Origin: an uncultured Phycisphaerales bacterium
GTDB taxonomy: Bacteria > Planctomycetota > Phycisphaerae > Sedimentisphaerales > Anaerobacaceae
Direction of reading: 5' to 3'
NCBI GenBank assembly: GCA_963772725.1
Contig: CAVYYI010000005.1
Location: forward strand, 128,001 to 192,000
DNA length: 64,000 nucleotides
Numbering within the stretch: position 1 is the first letter of the stretch; each line of letters begins with the position of its first letter. The notes under the pieces are model-generated. The model saw only the letters and a program-made list of their open reading frames with translations. It did no database searches and was not told the origin of the DNA. Positions 1-8,758 of the stretch are shown here, in pieces. Both the position numbers and the translations under genes were made by a program.

Positions 1-1
1 G

Positions 2-1875
2 AACGGCACACCTAAGTACAGTTCGCCGGCGAGACATTTTACTACTGTCAGCGGGACGTGGGGTTATCAGCCGATGGACACCAACGACTATAAATTTGGC
101 GCAGCAATGATGTATGACAGAAATGCTTACGGCGCAGATTATATGAGAGGGATAACCCCGTGGCCTGACACATTCGCCAAACGCAATGAGCTTTCTATTC
201 GAGTCGGTAATATGCTTAAAGAGACGTTTGTTTTCGCTCATAAGTTCGATATTAAAACATGCGTCGGAACTGAGACACCGTTGACGATTCCCGAATCCGT
301 GAAGGAACATCTTCAGGCAAAAGGCAAAGACTCTGCTTCGCAGGCGGCCTTGCAGGAAGTTTATGAGGGGATGTTCCAGTGGATTATGAAGAATTATCCT
401 TTGGATTATTACTGGCTTTGGACGCCGGAGGACTGGACATGGAAAAAAGTTGAAGACTCACAGGTTCAGAAAACACAGGATGATATTCTTACAGCGGTGG
501 CGGCAGCAAAAAAAGTTAAGGCGACGTTTACTTTGGCGACGTGCGGCTGGGTCTTGGGGCCGCCTAAAGACAGGGCGCAGTTTGATAATGTTTTGCCGAA
601 GGAGATGCCTTTTAGCTGCATAAGCCGTATGTTCGGAGGGACTCCTGTTGATGAAGGGTTTGAGCATATAAAAGGTCGTGAGAAATGGGCGATACCGTGG
701 ATGGAAGATGACCCTGCTATGACGATACCGCAGCTTTGGGCGGGGCGTATGCGTCAAGACGCAGCCGATTCACTCGTTTACGGCTGCACCGGTCTTATGG
801 GCATTCATTGGCGTACACGGGTAATCGCACCTAACATTTCCGCACTGGCGCAGGCGGGTTGGGACCAAAACTGGAATAAAGATTTTGAAAAGAAGGCTGA
901 AGTTTCAGATGTGAATCAAATCAAAGATATATCTGTGGATGATTTTTATGTGGACTGGGCAACAGCAGAGTTTGGTTCAGAAGCGGCAGAGCAGATTGCC
1001 AAAATATTTGCTGACAAAGATGGAGGAGGGCGGACAAAAACTAATGAACAACGGGCGAAATTACCGCGTCCTGCGCAATGGGTGAAAGGTCCAGGGGGAA
1101 TAAAGCCAAACCTAAAACCGTGGGAAGATGTTCGCAACGATTACGAGTTTGTAGATGAAATGGCAAAGCTGAGGCCGCAAATTAAAGGCGCGGGCAATCT
1201 TGAAAGATTCGATTATTGGCTGAATAATTTTCAGTATTTAAGAGCGTTTGGACAGCTTACATGTATATGGGGGGAGTATGAAAAAGCTATGGGAAAAGTC
1301 CAGGCTGAGAAAAAACCGGAAATCCAAAAACAACTTGCCGTTGAAAAGGCCCTGCCCCTGAGAAGGAAGATTATCGCAAAACTCACAGAAGCGCAGCAGT
1401 ATCTTATGGCGACAGTTTCAACGAACGGCGAATTGGGAACGGTAACGAACTGGCAGCAGCATCTTATGCCGACATTGCTCGATGCGCTGGAGAAGAACTA
1501 TCGAAAATACTTGACCAGGAGCTGCCTATTGATGCGGAAGCGACGAAGCGATACACGGGGCTGACCAGGATTATTGTTCCCACGGTGCGTACGAGCCTGA
1601 TGTCGGGAGAAGATCTGAAACTGAAAATTATTATCCTGTCGGAAAATCAGCCTTCACAGACGGGTCTGTATTGGCGGGATATGGGAAGCGAGAAATATGA
1701 GAAGATTGCCCTTACTCACGTTGCCCGCGGAGTTTATTCGGTTGTGATACCAGCGGGTAAAATTAAAAAGACGGATATCGAGTACCATATAAAAATAATG
1801 ACAAAATCCGGTCAGGAGCTTTATTATCCCGCAACCGCCCCGCAAATGAATCAAACCGTTGTAGTAATTGATTAA
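2..1875 (+). CDS. Large glycoside-hydrolase-like protein, 5'-truncated by window edge; frameshift near 1490-1560
   Basis: Frame is open from base 2. The YYWLWTPEDW, WAIPWMEDDP and GLMGIHWRT segments look like a carbohydrate-active TIM barrel. ORF 1585-1875 looks like its C-terminal beta domain. Confidence 0.5.
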
Positions 1876-1971
1876 TACTCTCAACCGTGCCCACAACGGA
1901 TAAATACCCCCGACATAAAGCCTGGAACTTCCGGATTAATTCTGTCTACTGTACTCTGTATTCTATTTTTA

Positions 1972-2439
1972 TCAGCCGACCTGGTTGTTCAGGTATTGCG
2001 GCAGACCCATCTGCTTTACCTGGTCCTGCTGAGTCTCGATTTCGTCAACGTGTTTATCTTCATCTTTCAAAATCGATTCGAGAAGTTCCTTTGTCGCATT
2101 ATCACTAACCTCCTGGGCAAGCTTAATCGCCGCGTTATAATTCTTGACTGCTCCCATTTCCGCGGCAAGGTCGTTATCAAACTGCTTGGGGACATCAGAA
2201 CCGATATGAATCGGGCTGAGTTTATCGACGATTGGGATGCCCTCCAAAAAAAGGATGCGTTCGATGAGCCTTTCGGCGTGTTTCATTTCCGTAACGGCAC
2301 GCGTGCGAATCAATTTGGTGAGCTTTTCGTAGCCCCAGTTCTCCACGATTGCCTCGTGTACCATGTACTGATTGATTGCGCCCAGCTCATCTGCCAGCAA
2401 CCCGTTGAGAGCCTGAATTAATTGTTGATTGCCTTTCAT
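1972..2439 (-). CDS. bfr: Bacterioferritin
   Basis: MKG..LN.LLADELGAINQY, EMKHAERLIERILFLEG and DEDKHVD ferroxidase motifs. ATG at 2439 after a purine-rich RBS. Confidence 0.95.
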   Translation of the reverse strand: MKGNQQLIQALNGLLADELGAINQYMVHEAIVENWGYEKLTKLIRTRAVTEMKHAERLIERILFLEGIPIVDKLSPIHIGSDVPKQFDNDLAAEMGAVKNYNAAIKLAQEVSDNATKELLESILKDEDKHVDEIETQQDQVKQMGLPQYLNNQVG

Positions 2440-2655
2440 TCCTGTTCCCCCTTTCAATTTGAAGGAAAAGTTAAATCTATATTTAATTCATGGTCCCGCT
2501 TGACCATTTTACCAAACGCATTAACAGATATTATAACATCCGCTTTTTGCATGTCCATACCAAATTGGTTTAAATTTCATAAAAATAGAGGCGGGGCGGC
2601 GACATAAACAATATTTTCAAAAAAGTGTCAATTGCTGCTTTCTAATTGCACTAAA

Positions 2656-2670
2656 ATAAGCTAAACTGAT
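2656..2670. promoter_or_regulatory. Putative LysR T-N11-A binding site
   Basis: ATAAGCTAAACTGAT dyad lies between divergent bfr and the LysR gene. Confidence 0.35.
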
Positions 2671-2769
2671 TTTATAATTATTTTGGCAACATTTGTTTTG
2701 TCTATTATACTCTTGCAGTCGATGCTGCAGTAAAGTTAAGGCAATACCTGCTTATTAGTATAGTTTATA

Positions 2770-3648
2770 ATGTATTTAGAAACGCTTAAGATATTCTGTG
2801 ATTTGGCAGATTCGATGAGTTTCTCGAAAACAGCGGAGAAGCATCTTTTAAGCCAGTCAGCGATTTCACAACAGCTTGCGCAGCTTGAACTTACGTATAA
2901 ATGCGAGCTTGTAAACCGCAAAAAAAGGCCGATAGAGTTGACCAAGGAGGGGCAGTTATTCTACCTGACCGCCAGAGACATTTTGGACAGATACGAACAG
3001 TTTAAGAACGACTTGAACGCGTTAAAATTTTCCGGCGATACAAGGATAAACGTAGGCGCTATTTTCAGCATCGGAATGCACGCATTGTCGGGATATGTAA
3101 AAAAGTTCATGGTTAAATATCCCAATGTTAATGTCCACGTCGAGTACTTTACGGCGGAAAAAGTTTACGAGCTGGTTTTGGCCGGGGATATAGATATCGG
3201 CCTGGTCGCTGTTCCGCGAAAGGACAAAAGGCTTGAGGTTTATGACTTCGAGGATGAGCCTTTGGTATTGGTATGCAGTCCGAAACATCCCCTGGCAAAT
3301 GAATCCAGCATAGATATTCATAAAGTGCAGCTTGAAAAGTTTATCGCGTTTGAATCCGGAGTTCCGACACGAGTATGGATAGATAACATCCTGCACCGTT
3401 ATAACATAATCGTCCGGCCTGTAATGGAGTTTGACAATGTCGAAATCATCAAAAGGGCGGTCGAAATAAATTCGGGAATAAGCATATTGCCCAAAACTAC
3501 GCTCCTCCAGGAGCTGAACAGCGAGACGTTGAAAGCGATTACATTTTCAAACGAAAACTTTATCAGGCCTACCGGGATAATAGTTCGCAAGAATAAGATT
3601 TTTGGCCAGGCGGGGCGATACTTCATTGAACTTCTCAGAAAAAAGTAA
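2770..3648 (+). CDS. LysR-family transcriptional regulator
   Basis: N-terminal HTH SFSKTAEKHLLSQSAISQQLAQLE plus substrate-binding domain. Confidence 0.95.
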   Translation: MYLETLKIFCDLADSMSFSKTAEKHLLSQSAISQQLAQLELTYKCELVNRKKRPIELTKEGQLFYLTARDILDRYEQFKNDLNALKFSGDTRINVGAIFSIGMHALSGYVKKFMVKYPNVNVHVEYFTAEKVYELVLAGDIDIGLVAVPRKDKRLEVYDFEDEPLVLVCSPKHPLANESSIDIHKVQLEKFIAFESGVPTRVWIDNILHRYNIIVRPVMEFDNVEIIKRAVEINSGISILPKTTLLQELNSETLKAITFSNENFIRPTGIIVRKNKIFGQAGRYFIELLRKK

Positions 3649-3666
3649 TAACAAGTATATTTTTTA

Positions 3667-4263
3667 ATGTCTATAAAAGCCGTGATATTTGATTTGGATG
3701 GGACGATAACTGCGCCGTATTTCGATTTCGACGCAATTCGCGAGGAAATCGGCGTAGAGAAAAATGCAGGCCCGATACTCGAAATAATGGAGAAGATGTC
3801 GCCCGCTGAACGTCTGCGAGCAGAAAAGATATTATTGAGGCACGAGCAAAACGCCATCGAAGAAGCGACACTCAATCCGAATGCCAAAGAAACCCTGCAC
3901 GCACTTCACAATATGGGTATTTCTGTCGGCATACTTACTCGCAACAGACGGGATAACGCAACGGCTATTGCCGACAAGTTCGGACTTGAATTTGACGCTG
4001 TAGTCGGGCGGGAAGACGGCCCGGTAAAACCGGACGCCTTTGGTGTTCTCAATTTATGCCGAACATTCGGCGTCAATCCTGGCGAAACACTTGTCGTGGG
4101 AGATTATCTCTTCGATTTGCTCTGTGCCAGGGCTGCGGGAGCCGTGGCCGTACTGCTTACCAACCATCCAAAGTTTACAGAATTTACCCAATACGCAGAT
4201 TTCACTATCGAGACTATCGATATGGTCATCAATATTATTAAACAATCTAAAAAACGATTATAA
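3667..4263 (+). CDS. HAD-family hydrolase
   Basis: FDLDGT, LTRN, KP and GDYLFD motifs. Confidence 0.92.
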   Translation: MSIKAVIFDLDGTITAPYFDFDAIREEIGVEKNAGPILEIMEKMSPAERLRAEKILLRHEQNAIEEATLNPNAKETLHALHNMGISVGILTRNRRDNATAIADKFGLEFDAVVGREDGPVKPDAFGVLNLCRTFGVNPGETLVVGDYLFDLLCARAAGAVAVLLTNHPKFTEFTQYADFTIETIDMVINIIKQSKKRL

Positions 4264-4270
4264 ATCTTTC

Positions 4271-4612
4271 TTAGCTGCTCTGACCAATAGGGATAGTTAA
4301 AGCGTCAATTTTGGCTGCGAGTATAAAATCATTCTTTGAAAGGCCCCTGATTTTATGCGTAGAAAGTTCCAGCCGCACCTTGTTGTAAAAGATGTGGATG
4401 TCCGGGTGGTGGTCTTCTTCATTAGCGGCTTTAGCGACGCGGTTGACAAAATCCATCGCCTCTTTGAAATCCCTGAACTTAAATTCACGCTCAATAGAGT
4501 TATCCCTGAGCTTCCATTGAGGAATTTCCTGAACCAGGGCCGCGGCGTCCTGATAGGAAAGCGGCAGCGTTCCGCTATGACAAGGCTCGCAGTTTTGCTC
4601 TCGCAGTTTCAT
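4271..4612 (-). CDS. phhB: Pterin-4-alpha-carbinolamine dehydratase
   Basis: EEDHHPDI and LSTHKIRGLSKNDFILAAKID motifs. Confidence 0.92.
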   Translation of the reverse strand: MKLREQNCEPCHSGTLPLSYQDAAALVQEIPQWKLRDNSIEREFKFRDFKEAMDFVNRVAKAANEEDHHPDIHIFYNKVRLELSTHKIRGLSKNDFILAAKIDALTIPIGQSS

Positions 4613-4689
4613 AGAACCCCCTTTCAAATTTTTTACGATTTATCAATGTTTATACCTATATACTTTTTGAACTGTTAATCAAGAAAAAA

Positions 4690-5122
4690 ATGAGTAGTAA
4701 AAAATCCGCTCATTATTGCGTGCCTGCTTGGTGTCGCTTATTCTATGGCGTTTTCGGGATTATCGTCACCTCTCAGCAGGACGGTTACAGCCTTAGGTCA
4801 TATGGCGCTGCCGCTTGCGCTGCTTGGGATAGGTGCCGCGATTATGGACGAAAAAGTCGCAGACAAACGCTCTTATGTTCTTACCGCCTCATTCATAAGA
4901 GTGGTAATCGCGCCGCTTATCGGCGTGCTGGCAGCTAAACTTCTCAGTCTCGACGCAGAAGAAACCAGAATTGCTCTGCTCTTTCTTGCCTGCCCCACAG
5001 GTGTTGTTACGCACGTTATGACCGAACAGCTCGGCGGCGACATCGGCCTTTCCGCGGGCATCATCGTCATCAGCACCATACTTTCAATCTTCTCACTCGG
5101 CGCAGTCCTGGCCATTTTCTAA
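4690..5122 (+). pseudogene. AEC (auxin efflux carrier)-family transporter, C-terminal half only
   Basis: Frame from ~4702 reads KNPLIIACLLG...ALPLALLGIG...ACPTGV...STILS. The N-terminal half is absent. Confidence 0.7.
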
Positions 5123-5326
5123 CCCAAATTTTTACCGCAGGGGGTGCAGATATTTTTTTTAAATTAAACGCTGATTGCGTTGATTACACTGATTTAAAGA
5201 TAGTGGAACAAATCTGAATTATTGTAATCTCACGCTGATTTTGTTATTATTGCAAATTGGAAGGTCAGTTCCGCGGTCGGATGTTTAATTAAGTAGCACA
5301 ATTATATTTTGGAAGATAGGCATGGT

Positions 5327-5830
5327 ATGAAAATTCACAGTTTTCTTCGGCAACTGATACCGGTTTGCTTATGCTTAATTATGGCTGCTATTATTGTTTG
5401 GCAATATCGCGTGAGATACAATGTTACAAAGATACCTCTTACAATTACGAAAAACACCGGATTTCTTACGTTCAAGGCGCAGTTAAATGGTAAGGAAATC
5501 CTCATGGTCGTGGACACAGCGGCAAACACGACCACATTCGACAGAGAACTTATTCAAGAGCTGCATTTGAACAAATTGCAGAAAACTGGCATCTCTTTCC
5601 GGAAGGCCATTAATGGTGATCCACTCGAAGCCGCTCATGTGGAGGATTTCAGGATAGGTAATCAGCGTTTATTTGGAGATTTTTCCTTTGTTGATTTTTC
5701 TCCAACGAATCGAGGTTTAGAAACTTCAGGAGAACTGCCGATTCAGGGTCTGCTTGGAGCGGACATCTTGAAAAAGTGGAATGCCGCAATAGACTATAAG
5801 GATTCGTGCCTTATTATTCGGAACCCATGA
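5327..5830 (+). CDS. Membrane-anchored retropepsin-like aspartic protease
   Basis: N-terminal TM helix, VVDTAA (DTG-like) and GLLGAD motifs. Confidence 0.8.
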   Translation: MKIHSFLRQLIPVCLCLIMAAIIVWQYRVRYNVTKIPLTITKNTGFLTFKAQLNGKEILMVVDTAANTTTFDRELIQELHLNKLQKTGISFRKAINGDPLEAAHVEDFRIGNQRLFGDFSFVDFSPTNRGLETSGELPIQGLLGADILKKWNAAIDYKDSCLIIRNP

Positions 5831-5889
5831 GTTTTGAATTACTGATTAAAAAAAACTCTGCGTTCTCTGCGGCCTTGTATGTTGACAAA

Positions 5890-6108
5890 AGTCATGGTTG
5901 ATAATAGTCTCATAGGTAAAGTTTGTGCTTGCGAGGGGAGCGTAGCGAGCCGAGCAAGCACAAACAGGCGACGAGAGTTCGATTGCGACCGGGTCCTTGA
6001 GGCCGTCGCTGAGCTGGAACCTCGCCGCCGCCGTGGGACTAGCCCGAACAGCCGTTTGAACCGCCGCCGCCCCACACGTATGGCGAGTTCGCATTTGCAA
6101 GTATGGGA
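5890..6108 (+). ncRNA. Predicted IS110 bridge RNA
   Basis: 12-bp perfect hairpin (5921-5932/5954-5965). Target loop carries TTGCGACC and CGCTGAG; donor loop carries ACAGCCGTT and TGCAAG. These match the reconstructed target and the element junction. Ends are approximate. Confidence 0.8.
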
Positions 6109-6115
6109 GAAAACC

Positions 6116-7058
6116 ATGTCCGAAAAAGTTTATGTCGGTATCGATGTCGCAAAAGACACATTCCATCTGGCCGCAACTCCAAACATCCTTAAAACCTGCC
6201 TGCCAAACACACCTGAGGGCCATTGTCAACTCTGTCAACTTCTTAAAGAGCACACAATATCGCTTATTGTTCTCGAAGCCACTGGCGGCTACGAACGGCC
6301 AATCGTAGCAGAACTGCTGGCTGCATCGCTGCCTGTTGTCGTTGTCAATCCACGTCAGGTGCGTGACTTTGCCAACGGTATGGGACAATACGCAAAAACA
6401 GACCTTATCGATGCGCAGATATTGGCGCAGTTTGCAAAGGTCGTGCAGCCTGTTCCTAAAACGCATTCCAGACCGCAGAATGCTGAACTAGCAGAACTTG
6501 TCAGACGTCGCCATCAGCTCTGCGACCTGCGAACCCAGGAATCCAATCGTCAGGCAACAATAATGCATCCGAAAGTCAGAAAAAGTATCGCCAAAATGAT
6601 TAAAACCCTCGATTTCCAGATTAACGAAATTGATAAACTCATCCGTGAATACATTGAAGCTGATGACGATTTCAAAAACAAAGATCGTATAATTCAAAGT
6701 ACTGCAGGCGTAGGTCCACAAACCTCTGCCATGCTCATCGCGAACCTACCGGAACTTGGAAAACTTAACCGGCAGGAAATCGCAGCACTGGCGGGTGTAG
6801 CTCCCTGGAATCGTTCTTCGGGAAAATACGATGGCAAAGCACATATCTTCGGTGGCCGAAAAGACGTCCGAAGTGCGCTTTATATGGCCGCCTTCAACGC
6901 CTCTCGTTTTAATCCGGTTATACGAAAAATGGCTGAAAGACTTACGAAAAAAGGCAAAGCCTACAAAGTAGTTTCTTACTGCCTGTATGCGTAAATTGCT
7001 TATTATTTTAAACACTATGATTAGGAATCAAACTCTATGGAATCCAAAAATATCTTAA
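6116..7058 (+). CDS. IS110 recombinase/transposase (frameshift ~6975)
   Basis: VGIDVAK, LEATGGYE, KTDLIDA, SSGK and LYMAA motifs. The tail ACMRKLLIILN continues in another frame to TAA 7056-7058. Confidence 0.95.
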
Positions 7059-7264
7059 AAAAATCCTTGAAATCTAACACAGCCGCTCAGCGGTTAAATT
7101 TTATTTGAGAAAATAACTCGTCTGTTGACAAAGAGGTGTTAGTTTTTTAGTATAGTTCGGCGGTTGGATTTATGTGTTATTAAATCCTGCCATTTTTTGT
7201 TTTCACGAATTAATACAGCTTGCCCGGCGGAAATGGTTCTGCTGTTGCGAGGGTTTGGATAAAG

Positions 7265-8050
7265 ATGAAAGTTTTGGCAGTAATACCTGCTCGCTACGCT
7301 TCCACACGATTCGCCGGTAAAGTTCTCGCTAAAGATACCGGTAAGTTCCTTATCCAGCACACTTATGAGCAGGCCTGCCTGGCGAAAATTCCCGACCAGG
7401 TCATAATCGCCGCCGACGATGAAAAAGTCGTTCAGGCCGCAAAAACCTTCGGTGCAAAGTGCGTCCTTACGTCGCCCGAACACAACAGCGGTACAGACCG
7501 CATCGCCGAGGCTGTGGAAAAATTAGCGTACAGCGTACAGCGTACAGCGGGTAGCAAAGGCATAAAACTAAACGCTGACGATATTATTGTGAATCTCCAG
7601 GCCGATGAGCCTGAGATTGACCCGGAAAATATCGATTATCTCGCCGGGCTTCTTGTCGAAAATCCGGATTACCCGATGGCGACCCTCGCCGCGGAATTTC
7701 AAAACGCCGAGCAGATTGCCAACCCCAATATCGTAAAAGTCATAATGGATTGTAACGGCAAAGGAATTTATTTCTCTCGCTCCGTCATTCCTTATGACAG
7801 GGAAAATGCCGGCGTGGGGCCGACAGGGCAATATCTAAGGCATATCGGCATATACGCTTATCGCAAGGATTTTCTGCTCAAAATTACAAAACTGCCGCAG
7901 AGCAGTCTTGAGAAAATTGAAAAACTCGAACAACTGCGTGCGATTGAAAATGGATTTGGGATACTTGTCGGCAAAGTCAAACACACCTGCGACGGCATCG
8001 ACACCCCGGAACAATACGCGGAATTTGTTAAACGATACAAAAACAGATAG
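7265..8050 (+). CDS. kdsB: 3-deoxy-manno-octulosonate cytidylyltransferase
   Basis: IPARYASTRF, SGTDR, NLQADEP, HIGIYAY and EKLEQLRA motifs. Confidence 0.96.
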   Translation: MKVLAVIPARYASTRFAGKVLAKDTGKFLIQHTYEQACLAKIPDQVIIAADDEKVVQAAKTFGAKCVLTSPEHNSGTDRIAEAVEKLAYSVQRTAGSKGIKLNADDIIVNLQADEPEIDPENIDYLAGLLVENPDYPMATLAAEFQNAEQIANPNIVKVIMDCNGKGIYFSRSVIPYDRENAGVGPTGQYLRHIGIYAYRKDFLLKITKLPQSSLEKIEKLEQLRAIENGFGILVGKVKHTCDGIDTPEQYAEFVKRYKNR

Positions 8051-8083
8051 CCACAGAGAACACAGAGGTCACAGAGAAATTTT
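8048..8083 (+). repeat. 9-mer tandem repeat arm (left)
   Basis: TAGC-CACAGAGAA-CACAGAGGT-CACAGAGAA; inverted copy at 8671-8705. Confidence 0.9.
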
Positions 8084-8572
8084 ATGAATCTTTTTTTTAA
8101 GTTTCGTCCAATTATAGATAAGATTGTAGAACATTTTATTGGATGTTTAATAAGCGCTTTTTTTGGAATATTCGTTCTTTCGTTTGCTATTTTTTGGAAA
8201 TGGGCAAGAGATGAACATACCCTTGTATTTTACGGATGGGTTTGGCTACTATTTTGTCTCGGTGGTCTTTTTCTGTTTTTTCATTTTGTTTTTATTATAC
8301 TCCAAAGAACTAAGAAAATTAAAGACCCGACCGATATAAGAAATGTTCTCGATAAATGGTGGAGGCATACTGAGGAGCGGTGTTCAGGCCAACAGGAGTT
8401 TACACTGTATTTCTCATCAATTGACAAGACTGAGTGTTTGAGAAAGGGTAGTGCCAAACAATACCTACGAGAGGTTGTTACGAAAGATGGAAAGTGGAGT
8501 GTAGTCAGAGAAGGCCCAGATACTCTATTGGTAAAAGGGTATCCTCCAGAGGTGCAATTATATACGAGTTAG
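8084..8572 (+). CDS. Hypothetical membrane protein (2 TM), AT-rich
   Basis: 162-aa ORF with two hydrophobic segments, bracketed by inverted repeats. Confidence 0.7.
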   Translation: MNLFFKFRPIIDKIVEHFIGCLISAFFGIFVLSFAIFWKWARDEHTLVFYGWVWLLFCLGGLFLFFHFVFIILQRTKKIKDPTDIRNVLDKWWRHTEERCSGQQEFTLYFSSIDKTECLRKGSAKQYLREVVTKDGKWSVVREGPDTLLVKGYPPEVQLYTS

Positions 8573-8670
8573 CAAATGAGGTGCGGAAAGTAAGAGGGCA
8601 GAATCAATTATGGCAGGCGGAATTTATGAGTATGGTAATAAAAAAATTAAACAGTGTTAATCCGTGTCAA

Positions 8671-8705
8671 AAAAATCTCTGTGAACTCTGTGTTCTCTGT
8701 GGCTA
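8671..8705 (-). repeat. 9-mer tandem repeat arm (right, inverted)
   Basis: Reverse complement matches 8048-8077 at 29/30 nt. Confidence 0.9.
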
Positions 8706-8758
8706 AAATAAAAAAAATTGGTTATCCTCTGTGGCTGATGAATTATAAGGATTGAATT

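Larger units (their letters stand above)
5874..7087 (+). mobile_element. IS110-family insertion sequence (IS621-like organisation)
   Basis: CT core at both ends (5874-5875, 7086-7087), no terminal IRs, ~240-bp non-coding left end, DEDD recombinase gene. Confidence 0.92.

Noticed and set aside
5879..6115. 79-aa N-terminal extension of the IS110 transposase in the ORF track
   Set aside because: The real start is ATG 6116 after GGGAGA; the upstream region is the structured non-coding end.
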